NCBI GenBank assembly: GCA_043804035.1
Contig: JAZDJJ010000169.1
Span: 1-40,890, forward strand
Reading direction: 5' to 3'
From: Bacteroidota bacterium
Lineage (GTDB): Bacteria; Bacteroidota; Bacteroidia; Palsa-948
Length of the DNA: 40,890 nt
Part shown: one piece after another, positions 1 through 8,385 of the stretch
How the letters are laid out: each line of letters starts with the position of its first letter
Numbering within the stretch: the first letter of the stretch is position 1
Program-made: the position numbers and the translations under genes
Notes under the pieces: model-generated
Seen by the model: only the letters and a program-made list of their open reading frames with translations
Database searches by the model: none
Told to the model about the DNA's origin: nothing

Positions 1-1
1 C

Positions 2-118
2 AAACGATTAAACAGAAAAACAATTTGCTTCTCAAAAAATGAACAAATACACGACAATGTAATTGGAATGTATATCGAAACTTTTTATTACAAAACGGGT
101 ACTTATGGAAATAATTAA
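2..118 (+). mobile_element. IS1-family transposase (InsB-like), C-terminal fragment truncated by the window start
   Basis: Manual translation KRLNRKTICFSKNEQIHDNVIGMYIETFYYKTGTYGNN* matches the InsB C-terminal pattern KRLxRKTICFSK...HDxVIG. Too short for the ORF track. Confidence 0.88.
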
Positions 119-141
119 ATCAACCGATTCAGGACACTACC
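119..141. mobile_element. IS1-family right terminal inverted repeat (23 bp)
   Basis: ATCAACCGATTCAGGACACTACC directly after the transposase stop. Its reverse complement GGTAGTG...TTGAT has the IS1 end pattern GGTAxTG...TTGAT. Confidence 0.8.
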
Positions 142-362
142 GAAAATTTTATGTACGTTTGTATCCGAACAGGAACAAAACATAAAGAATCCGACAGATG
201 ATTTCTATTTGTAGGATTGAGTACAAAAGGTGTAGCAATCTACCCAAAAATGATGAACATATCACCACAAATGTGAAGCGATAAACAAGTTAGCAGTAAT
301 GGTAAAAAACGACATTGCACCCAGACAATTTACTGCAAATCGACAATTTAGAGGTGAGACAA

Positions 363-2141
363 TTAACCAATACTACTTCGGACAAGTGTTTCTCTGTACT
401 TTGTGAATATACTGGACTTGGAAATAAACCCAACATATTTTCCTTCGTTGACAACAGGAAGATTCCACGCATTTGTTTCATCAAACTTTTTCATCACCGA
501 CAGCATATCTTCATCAAGTGAAACAGTTGCAGGCGGTTTTCGCATCAGTTGTTTCACCAAGACACTTTCATACATTTCGTGCTTGAACATTATTTCACGA
601 ATGTTATCAAGTAAAATAATTCCGACAAGAACTTCATCCGCCACGACAGGAAAAATATTGCGCTTTGAGCGCGCGACAACTTTTACTAACTGACCGAGTG
701 TTGCATCGGGCGACACAATCTGAAAATCAGTTTCAACAACCTTGACAGTTTTGAGAGTGGATAAAATATTTTTGTCTTTATCAGCAGTAAAGATGTGTCC
801 TTTCTTTGCAAGTTTTTTTGTGTCCATTGAATAAGGTTCAAAATATTTTACAATCATAAAACTGATTGCCGACACAATCATCAAAGGAATCATCAACTCA
901 TATCCTCCTGTAATTTCTGCAATGAGAAATATTCCAGTTAGCGGAGCGTGAAATACTCCACTTAAAATTCCTGCCATTGCGACAATGGTGAAATTACTTA
1001 CAGGCAGATCTGAAATTCCAAGCAAATTAATTACAGTAGCAAAAGCAAATCCCAAATATGCTCCAACAAAAAGGGAAGGCGCAAAATTTCCTCCATTACC
1101 ACCACTTCCGATTGTGAAAGCAGCCGCAATAGTTTTAAAAAGCATTGCAAGGAGAATGAGTAAAACAAGAACCCATTTGTTTGAAATGAGATTTCCAACA
1201 ATGCTATGCTCAAAAAGTTTTTCAGGATTTATGTCGGAAAGAATTTTTATGCTGCCATATCCTTCGCCAAACAAAGACGGGAAAAATAAAATCAAAATAC
1301 CAAGTATCAATCCTCCAATAATTGCTTTTCGGTAAATGTTTTTCTTTTTCGGTTTCAAGAAATCTTCAATCTTCAAATAAGTTCGCGCATAATAAACGGA
1401 CACAATTCCCGCAAGCAAACCAAGAACAATGTAATAGGGAACATTGTAGTAATTAAACGGCTGTTTCAAATGAAATGAAAGCAAAATGTTTTCATTCAAA
1501 ATAATTTTTGAAAGTAGTCCGCCAGTTGCAGCGGCAATGATTAAAGGAATAAAAGCGGAAATGGAAACATCAACAAGTAAAACTTCAAGAGCAAACAAAA
1601 CTCCTGCAATCGGAGAATTAAATGCAGCAGCAATTCCGGCAGCAGCACCGCAGGCAAGCAACAGTGTGCGGTCTTTATAATTGATGTGATAGATTTTAGA
1701 ATAATTAGAACCAATTGCCGAACCCGTGACAACAATTGGCGACTCCAAACCTGCCGATCCACCAAAGCCGACAGTTAGCGCACTTGTAACAATATGCGAA
1801 TACATTTGGTCTTGCGGTAAAAAACTTGACTTCTTTGCAATAGAATGAAGAATGTTTGCTGTTCCCCTTCCTAACTTTCCTTTCAAATGTTTTTGCACAA
1901 ACCAGACAGTGAGTAAAATTCCAATTGTTGGAAAAACCAAATACAAAACGTACTGATACTTGATATGATAATCGTAAGTAATAACAAGGTGAATATAATG
2001 GACAGCAGTTTTCAAAATGACAGCAGCGAAACCAGCAGTCATTCCTACCAAGATACTTGAGAAAATCAAAAACTGGCGGGGAGACATTTTATCGCGTAGC
2101 CAGTTAATAAAGATTTCGTAAAGACGAATGTATTTTTTCAT
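363..2141 (-). CDS. ClC-family chloride channel/transporter with two C-terminal CBS domains
   Basis: 592 aa, many TM helices. Motifs GGSAGLESP, AAAFNSPIAGVLFALE, GGNFAPSLFVG, HAPLTGIFLIAE. CBS-like tail (FPVV...VGII; LPVV...YVGFIS). Confidence 0.93.
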   Translation of the reverse strand: MKKYIRLYEIFINWLRDKMSPRQFLIFSSILVGMTAGFAAVILKTAVHYIHLVITYDYHIKYQYVLYLVFPTIGILLTVWFVQKHLKGKLGRGTANILHSIAKKSSFLPQDQMYSHIVTSALTVGFGGSAGLESPIVVTGSAIGSNYSKIYHINYKDRTLLLACGAAAGIAAAFNSPIAGVLFALEVLLVDVSISAFIPLIIAAATGGLLSKIILNENILLSFHLKQPFNYYNVPYYIVLGLLAGIVSVYYARTYLKIEDFLKPKKKNIYRKAIIGGLILGILILFFPSLFGEGYGSIKILSDINPEKLFEHSIVGNLISNKWVLVLLILLAMLFKTIAAAFTIGSGGNGGNFAPSLFVGAYLGFAFATVINLLGISDLPVSNFTIVAMAGILSGVFHAPLTGIFLIAEITGGYELMIPLMIVSAISFMIVKYFEPYSMDTKKLAKKGHIFTADKDKNILSTLKTVKVVETDFQIVSPDATLGQLVKVVARSKRNIFPVVADEVLVGIILLDNIREIMFKHEMYESVLVKQLMRKPPATVSLDEDMLSVMKKFDETNAWNLPVVNEGKYVGFISKSSIFTKYRETLVRSSIG

Positions 2142-2149
2142 TTGGACAG

Positions 2150-2157
2150 CAAAAATA
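2150..2157 (-). promoter_or_regulatory. Bacteroidota -7 promoter box for the ClC gene
   Basis: TATTTTTG on the - strand (TAnnTTTG consensus), 8 bp before the ATG. Confidence 0.55.
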
Positions 2158-2267
2158 CAAAATTGAAAATGGAGCCCCGCCCCGCCCCGCTGGATGGCTA
2201 AATCTTAATTTGAGGTGCTGGCGTATATTTGACAAATTATTATAGGGCGGTTCCAAAAATTGATTTC

Positions 2268-2376
2268 GTCATTGCGACTGCGAGGCACGAAGCAGGAAGC
2301 AATCTCTATTTCTACATGAAAAAACAGATTGCTTCAGTCGTTCCTCATATGCAATGACATCAGTGCGTAAGTCCTA
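2268..2376. repeat. REP-like inverted pair followed by a MITE-type terminal repeat
   Basis: Nested inverted repeats GTCATTGC (2268)/GCAATGAC (2351) and GAAGCAATCT (2296)/AGATTGCTTC (2326). TGCGTAAGTCCTA at 2364-2376. Confidence 0.7.
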
Positions 2377-2454
2377 TTTCTGTTCTCTTTAAAAGAGTAT
2401 TGCATTTCTATCAGCATTCTCACACATGCTTTTTCGCTAAAGAAAATGTAACTT

Positions 2455-3675
2455 CTACAGTTCTTTCATTGCAATCCAAGCCATCAATCCCATTCCTGTT
2501 TGAAGAGCAGATTCGTCAATATTAAAAGTGGGAGTATGCACACCGGAAATAATTCCCTTTGATTTATTTCCGGTTCCCAGACGATAAAAACAGGCAGGAA
2601 TTTTTTGCGCAAAGAAAGAAAAATCTTCACTTGCCATTCTCGGCTCAAGTGTTACTACATTTTCTTTTCCCAGAAATTCTTCGGCATAATTTTTTGCATT
2701 TGTAGTAATGTTTTCATCATTGACAAGAGCCGGATATCCGCTCATAATATTTATTTCACACTCACCGTCCATGCTATGTGCTGTTGAAATACAAATTTGC
2801 CTGATGATGCTGTGTGCTTCTTTTCTCCATTTCTCATCCATTGTTCTGAAAGTTCCTTCTATCTTCACTTCATCGGGAATAACATTAGTAGCACCGTTTC
2901 CAATAATTTTTCCGAATGCCAGAACCGTTGGAATTGTCTCTTGTTTCATAAAAGTTTGATGCAGTTTCAATAATATTTCTGAAGCAATCAAAAGCGGATT
3001 GATATAACTTTTGACAATTGCTGCGTGTCCGCCTTTACCTTTTACTGTAAGATAAATTTCATCGGCAGAAGCCAAATATTTTCCATTGCAAAAACCAACT
3101 TTCCCAACTTCAAGAGAAGGAAAAACATGCTGAGCAAAAATACTTAATGGGGCAGGATTATCCAGCACGCCTTCTTTAATCATCAGCGAAGCACCACCCG
3201 GAGATTTTTCTTCTCCCGGTTGAAAAATAAGTTTTATCGTTCCACGAAATTCTGCTCCTAACAAAGACGAAGAAGTATTTTTAATTTCATTCAGAATTTT
3301 TGCCGCACCAAGCAATGAAGCAATATGAGCATCGTGCCCACAAGCATGCATCACTCCCGGAGTTTTGGATTTATATTCCACTTCATTTGCCTCAGTGATT
3401 GGCAGCGCATCCATATCGGCACGGAGAGCAATGCAAAGTCTATTTTCTTTTTTTCCATTCAGAGAAGAGGATTGTGTTCCGATTATCGTTGCAACGATTC
3501 CTGTTTTAGCAATTTTTTCTTTATAGGGAATTCCGAACTCTTTCAGTTTTGATGCAATAAACTTTGAAGTATTATATTCCTCAAATGATAATTCAGGATT
3601 TGCATGCAGATGTCTTCGTATCTGTATTACTTCCGGTAAATATTTTTCTGCCAGTTGTTTTATTTTTTCTTTCAT
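2455..3675 (-). CDS. M20 family amidohydrolase (N-acyl-amino acid hydrolase-like)
   Basis: Motifs RRHLHANPELS, LRADMDALP, MHACGHDAH, FQPGEE, GKGGHAA, SEDFSFF, HTPTFNIDE. Confidence 0.93.
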   Translation of the reverse strand: MKEKIKQLAEKYLPEVIQIRRHLHANPELSFEEYNTSKFIASKLKEFGIPYKEKIAKTGIVATIIGTQSSSLNGKKENRLCIALRADMDALPITEANEVEYKSKTPGVMHACGHDAHIASLLGAAKILNEIKNTSSSLLGAEFRGTIKLIFQPGEEKSPGGASLMIKEGVLDNPAPLSIFAQHVFPSLEVGKVGFCNGKYLASADEIYLTVKGKGGHAAIVKSYINPLLIASEILLKLHQTFMKQETIPTVLAFGKIIGNGATNVIPDEVKIEGTFRTMDEKWRKEAHSIIRQICISTAHSMDGECEINIMSGYPALVNDENITTNAKNYAEEFLGKENVVTLEPRMASEDFSFFAQKIPACFYRLGTGNKSKGIISGVHTPTFNIDESALQTGMGLMAWIAMKEL

Positions 3676-3691
3676 TCGTTTGAATCTTATT

Positions 3692-4054
3692 TTATTTTCC
3701 GAAAATCATTTTTAATGAAACAAGAAAGATGATGACTCCAAATATTTTTTTCATCATTTGCTGGTCAATGTTGATGGAAATTTTTGAACCAAGATAACTT
3801 CCAATAATAAAAGGTATTGCCATAATAATTGCTGTTTTCCATTCCACATATCCTGCATGATAATAATTTAGTACTCCCAATATGCCGATAGGAAAAAGAA
3901 ACATGAACAACACAGTTCCCTGTGCGCTATGCTGCGAAAATCCAAGAAAATAAACCAAAGCAGGAACAACGATGATTCCTCCTCCGATGCCAACCATTCC
4001 GCTCAATATGCCGGCAATCAGCCCAAGCGGGAGTAGAAAAAAAAATTCATTCAT
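3692..4054 (-). CDS. TauE/SafE (TSUP) family small membrane protein, half-size
   Basis: AGILSGMVGIGGGIIVVPALV...QHSAQGT signature. Start could be 4054 or 4075. Confidence 0.85.
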   Translation of the reverse strand: MNEFFFLLPLGLIAGILSGMVGIGGGIIVVPALVYFLGFSQHSAQGTVLFMFLFPIGILGVLNYYHAGYVEWKTAIIMAIPFIIGSYLGSKISINIDQQMMKKIFGVIIFLVSLKMIFGK

Positions 4055-4207
4055 AGTAAAAGGGTTTTTATTCATTTTTTGTTACTGTTTAGGTCATTTA
4101 TTTCGGCAAAGATCAATTACCAAGATCAATACGAGTATTTGGTTATCTGCCTGTGCCCTGCAGACAGGTGTGAGAATAGAAAATGGTATAGAAAAAAGAA
4201 ATAAGTA

Positions 4208-4370
4208 TAGGACTTACGCAGAGTTTTCTTATTCTGCCACAAAGGCACCAAGACACAAAGATTCACAAAGAAATTCTGTTGAATTATTCTCTTGCAAAAC
4301 AAAAACTTGGTGCCTTTGTGTCTTAGTGGCATAAATTTTAGTTTATAAATGAATGTTTGCGTAAGTCCTA
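4208..4370. mobile_element. MITE-like element with perfect 13-bp terminal inverted repeats
   Basis: TAGGACTTACGCA (4208-4220) and TGCGTAAGTCCTA (4358-4370). Interior GCCACAAAGGCACCAAGACACAAAG...CTTGGTGCCTTTGTGTCTTAGTGGC is palindromic. Confidence 0.75.
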
Positions 4371-4528
4371 AAGTAATTAGAAAATAGAAAAATTCAGTTC
4401 TTGAAATGTCCGGATAAATGTTTCCTTTCTATTCTCTTTTTTCACATTGCTACTTTCCATACTATTTTCCATTTTCTCCTAACGAATTAAAAAAATTATT
4501 GTTAATCATCCTAAATAGTTACCATTTT

Positions 4529-7500
4529 TTAAAAATCAAGTGTAAATGACCAATAGAAAATTCTGCCGCCAATTTTTCCATCTTCCCATCCCCATGCCCA
4601 ATCAAGGCGAATGAAGTATCCGAGCAAACGACTTCGCAATCCCCATCCGTATCCTCCAACAACAGGTTCTCTTCTTGTTTCAATTATGACAGTAACGGGT
4701 TTGGGCGGTCCTCCAATAGTTTTTGTGTTTAAAGAATTTTCATTAGAGTAAGGATCTTTTCCTGTCCATGCTGTTCCCACATCACCAAAAGCAACAAGTT
4801 GGAAATTATTCAGGAAGTCGGACTTCATTGGCTTGTTCATAAGATAGCGAAATAAGGGCAATCGTAATTCGGTATTATATACAGCAAAACTGTTTCCGTT
4901 ACGAATGTTCTGCGTGAATCCCCGCATGGGAGTGGCAAGCGTTTGATAAGCGTAATTCTCAGTAGTGGAAATGGGAGTATTATTATTGAATCGTGGACTA
5001 ATCCAATTGTCTACTCCACCCATGTAATAAATTAATTTTTGTTTTCCGAACGATGTGCTGGCAGCCAGTCGGTTTGCCCAAATGAAATCACGGTGAATCT
5101 TTTTATAGTTTCGTACATCCATTCCGAGAACGACAATGTCAGTTTTCTTTTTATCAATCTGACGAAAGTATTCAGCAAAAAGTTTGTAACGGGTACCATA
5201 ATAAAGATTAAGTCCGCGCTTGCGGGTGTTATCAAAAACGTACTCCATCTTGGTATTTCCCCAGTATTCACACCGATTGGGCTGTTCCATATTGAACGGG
5301 TCAGTAGAGAGGAATACTGTACGGTCTTGTCTGATATTTATTGCTCCGCGCAATCCTGCCGTTTCGGTGAAAGGCCATTTGAGAACATACATTGCTTCAT
5401 GCGTATGAATTTTGATTAAAGATTGGTAAGCGATGATATCCAACAATGCTTGTCGGTGAAGAACAATTTGCTTGTCTAATCGCTTCAAACGATTTTCATA
5501 ACTGAGAAAATACTCATTACTGTTCAGGTCAGCCGAAATTCGCACACCGCCTATAATTTTGTAATCATTAAATAAGTCACTTAATCCAATCTTAAAGAAT
5601 CCTGTGAACCCGGGATTGAGATTGATGGCTCCGCCACCTCCTGTGAATTTCTGATAAGAAGCATTCAAAAAAGAATTATCAATTTGTGTTACAATATAAT
5701 CTGTTAAAAAGAAAATAAAATAATTCCGCTGCTGAGGGAATATGAATGTTTTGTCATCAACTTTTGAAGAAGTATCGGGAGTTGTTGGAGGAATAACAAC
5801 TTTTTCTTTTTCTATTTTATTTCTTTTCGGTTCTTTATCAAAAGAATAATTGTTGATATCAATTCCACTGCTGTCTTTTTTTGATTCTTCTTTCATGATA
5901 ACATTAATTGTTTCAACTTTTTTAATTTCCTTGATTTGTTTTTGCTCTTTGGATTTAGAAATTTGTTTCAATTTATTCTGAGCATAAACTGTGTTCATCA
6001 GTTCTATAGATGGATGTATGTTGCTTTCAATAATATCAGAAGTAAAAAGACAGTACTTCTTTTTGAAAAAAACAACTTCACTTATTTTTTTTGTTTTCAG
6101 ATTGATATCTTGTTCAAGAATATTGCGTGAGTAATTAGTAATGGGAAATGTGTGGGTAAAATAACGGTAATGCTCTGTTGTATCCACAAAAGCGATGGCG
6201 CTATCGGGCACGCCAAGGTATCGGTTGCGGATACCGTTATCATCTCCCAGAAAACACAAATGCAAACTATCATATTCGCAGGGATAACTTTCGTTTACCA
6301 GCGGAGTGTTTGTGATTCTGCGAAGTATAGGTGATCTGTTTTTGTAATTGTAAATAAAAATATCTTTTTGTTTCATCGGCTGAAGTTTTTCATCTGCATC
6401 AGGATAATAGTTAGCCATAAAACGAATAGTATCACCGGGACGATTAGAGGAAAAAATTATTTTTTGTGAATTGCTGATGAATCGCGGAGTGAGGTCGTCA
6501 TAAATATCTTTGGTGATTTGTTCGTAAGAAGCAGCAGCAATATTGTATACAAAAATATCGCTCTGTCCTTTTTGTATAGCCGACATCACGAAATTCTTTC
6601 CATCATCCGAATAAGCGAAGTCCAGTATTTTTTCAAAATTGGAAATTTTCAATGTTTCTATTTTCTTAGTGGATAGCGTATAATAAGAAAGATGAATCTC
6701 TCCTTTTCTTTCTGTAATGAATGAAAGCATTTCGCTATTAGGATGCCATGCAATGATAGGGTAAGAATAATCCGCAGGGCGGTCAAGTTTTTGTTCGCAT
6801 TTGAGAATGCGTTTTATTTTTTTTGTTTGATAATTATAGAGCCATATCTTGTATTGACCAAGTTCATTAGTAGAATACACTGCATATTTTCCATCAGAAC
6901 TAATTTTGAAACTCTGATAAACACGAGATGTTTTTGACTTTTTTAGAAGCGATTGTTCAGGCAGATTTCTTAAATCATCTTTTTCATTATATCGTTCTGA
7001 ATAATAATTCATCCATTCGCTCGACATATTTTTCATTGATACTCCCAATACAAACAAGAACGCATTTTCTACATTGCGCGTAATTTTTGTCATATACAAA
7101 ATGTTGGATATAACCGACTCGCTGTATGTTTCGGCAATGTAATTCCATATAGAATGTCCGGCATATATTGCATCCTGTCCGTCTAATCCGTTGAACTTTT
7201 TGTATTTGTTGGTAAATATGCCATCTCTTATGCTATTGTCAATATCGGTATTCCATCCGTTTGCTATGTAAGAAACCAATCCTTGTATGTACCAGCCTGG
7301 AAGATTGAGCAGAGTAGAATTTTTTAGCATATCCTTTACATTTCCGCCAAACATCATCTGGTTGATGAGCACTTCGGCAATGCCAGCCCGTATTTGCCTG
7401 TCTAATTTATCATGATCACCTTCATAGTAGAGAAAAACTTTTGAGCCAACAATTTTTGTTACACCACCAATGTTATACGGCTCTTCGTACTCCATTCCTA

Positions 7501-7822
7501 TATTGCTCTGTTTGTAATCACTTTGTTTGTTAAAGACAAGAAGTTCTATCTTGTCATCTATATTGTAGTCCAAAATTTTTTCAATTTCTTCTATAGATTT
7601 TTTTGCCTGTTGAGCAGTGTACATAGCAAGTTCTTTTCCACCCATATAGAAATACACATTATACTTTTCAAACTTGTACCATTGCCAAAGACGTGGTTCA
7701 TCAAACTGTACGCGGTTTTTTCCGAATTCCATCTGTGAGCCACTATAGAATTGAGAGAAAGTGGAAATAGAGAAATAAAGAAATAGAAAAATAAATAATA
7801 ATAAATGTAATATGGATTTCAT
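4529..7822 (-). CDS. Large outer-membrane protein: signal peptide, peptidase-like N-domain, TolB/PD40 beta-propeller, Omp85/BamA-like C-terminal barrel
   Basis: FGKNRVQF N-terminal motif; PD40-like repeats (SSDGKY, WHPNS, YSDDGK); barrel-like tail (MRGF, ELRLPLF, FGDVGTAW, IRLDWAWG) ending in Phe. ATG at 7822 precedes a signal peptide and is preferred over the track start at 7864. Confidence 0.75.
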   Translation of the reverse strand: MKSILHLLLFIFLFLYFSISTFSQFYSGSQMEFGKNRVQFDEPRLWQWYKFEKYNVYFYMGGKELAMYTAQQAKKSIEEIEKILDYNIDDKIELLVFNKQSDYKQSNIGMEYEEPYNIGGVTKIVGSKVFLYYEGDHDKLDRQIRAGIAEVLINQMMFGGNVKDMLKNSTLLNLPGWYIQGLVSYIANGWNTDIDNSIRDGIFTNKYKKFNGLDGQDAIYAGHSIWNYIAETYSESVISNILYMTKITRNVENAFLFVLGVSMKNMSSEWMNYYSERYNEKDDLRNLPEQSLLKKSKTSRVYQSFKISSDGKYAVYSTNELGQYKIWLYNYQTKKIKRILKCEQKLDRPADYSYPIIAWHPNSEMLSFITERKGEIHLSYYTLSTKKIETLKISNFEKILDFAYSDDGKNFVMSAIQKGQSDIFVYNIAAASYEQITKDIYDDLTPRFISNSQKIIFSSNRPGDTIRFMANYYPDADEKLQPMKQKDIFIYNYKNRSPILRRITNTPLVNESYPCEYDSLHLCFLGDDNGIRNRYLGVPDSAIAFVDTTEHYRYFTHTFPITNYSRNILEQDINLKTKKISEVVFFKKKYCLFTSDIIESNIHPSIELMNTVYAQNKLKQISKSKEQKQIKEIKKVETINVIMKEESKKDSSGIDINNYSFDKEPKRNKIEKEKVVIPPTTPDTSSKVDDKTFIFPQQRNYFIFFLTDYIVTQIDNSFLNASYQKFTGGGGAINLNPGFTGFFKIGLSDLFNDYKIIGGVRISADLNSNEYFLSYENRLKRLDKQIVLHRQALLDIIAYQSLIKIHTHEAMYVLKWPFTETAGLRGAINIRQDRTVFLSTDPFNMEQPNRCEYWGNTKMEYVFDNTRKRGLNLYYGTRYKLFAEYFRQIDKKKTDIVVLGMDVRNYKKIHRDFIWANRLAASTSFGKQKLIYYMGGVDNWISPRFNNNTPISTTENYAYQTLATPMRGFTQNIRNGNSFAVYNTELRLPLFRYLMNKPMKSDFLNNFQLVAFGDVGTAWTGKDPYSNENSLNTKTIGGPPKPVTVIIETRREPVVGGYGWGLRSRLLGYFIRLDWAWGWEDGKIGGRIFYWSFTLDF

Positions 7823-7870
7823 TATATGAGCAAGTAGGATAACAAATTTACATGAAAATTTCAATTACAT

Positions 7871-8088
7871 TAGAACTTATGCAAAAAAACATTTTTAGGA
7901 AGAATAGAACATTGATGATACGGATAAGCACGGATAAGCATGAATAAAAGTAAGATACTTCATTTCATTCAGCATGACAAAAAAAACGATGTCATCCTGA
8001 GCGAAGCGAAGGAACTAGAAAAACTGAATAAAATCAGCGAAAATCAGTGTTATCCATGTTCTATTTTTTAACTTCTGCGTAAGTCCTG
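7871..8088. mobile_element. MITE-like element (same TIR family) with nested palindromes and a REP pair
   Basis: TAGAACTTATGCA (11/13 match to the TIR) and TGCGTAAGTCCTG. Inner AATAGAACAT/ATGTTCTATT pair, and GTCATCCTGAGCGAAGCGAAGGA with a degenerate inverted copy. Confidence 0.7.
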
Positions 8089-8171
8089 TGTATAGGGAAT
8101 AAAGTTTCGGGAAGAAAGATGGAAACTATGGAGCCCTCATCAGGCATTCAATACATACAAAGAAATATTTT

Positions 8172-8339
8172 CACGGAGACGTGAAAGTTTCCCACGGAGG
8201 CGTGGAAGTTTTCACTGCTACCAGTAATGTCTCTACTTGCACCAGTGGAGTTTCTACTTGCACCAGTGGAGTTTCTACTGCCATCAGTGGAGTTTCTACT
8301 TGCACCAGTGGAGTTTCTACTGCCATCAGTAGAATATCA
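8172..8339. repeat. 21-bp tandem repeat array, about 8 units
   Basis: Core units ACTTGCACCAGTGGAGTTTCT and ACTGCCATCAGTGGAGTTTCT at 8235, 8256, 8277, 8298; degenerate units at 8214 and 8319; two CACGGAGRCGTGRAAGTTTYC units at 8172 and 8193. Confidence 0.9.
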
Positions 8340-8385
8340 ATTGTAACCCTATTTCATGACGAGACATTCCCGTAGAGCCATTATT

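Noticed and set aside
2165-2225. Fluoride riboswitch upstream of the ClC gene
   Set aside because: The GC-rich patch lacks a recognisable crcB-motif core and lies upstream of the predicted -7 box, so it is outside the likely 5' UTR.
4126-4334. Small ORFs over the intergenic element
   Set aside because: They are translations of the MITE palindromes (PLRHKGTK / LCVLVPLW).
8181-8375. 64-aa ORF (VSTCTSG repeats) as a real gene
   Set aside because: Openness follows from the 21-bp period, the opposite strand is equally open, and there is no independent evidence. Kept only as part of the array finding.
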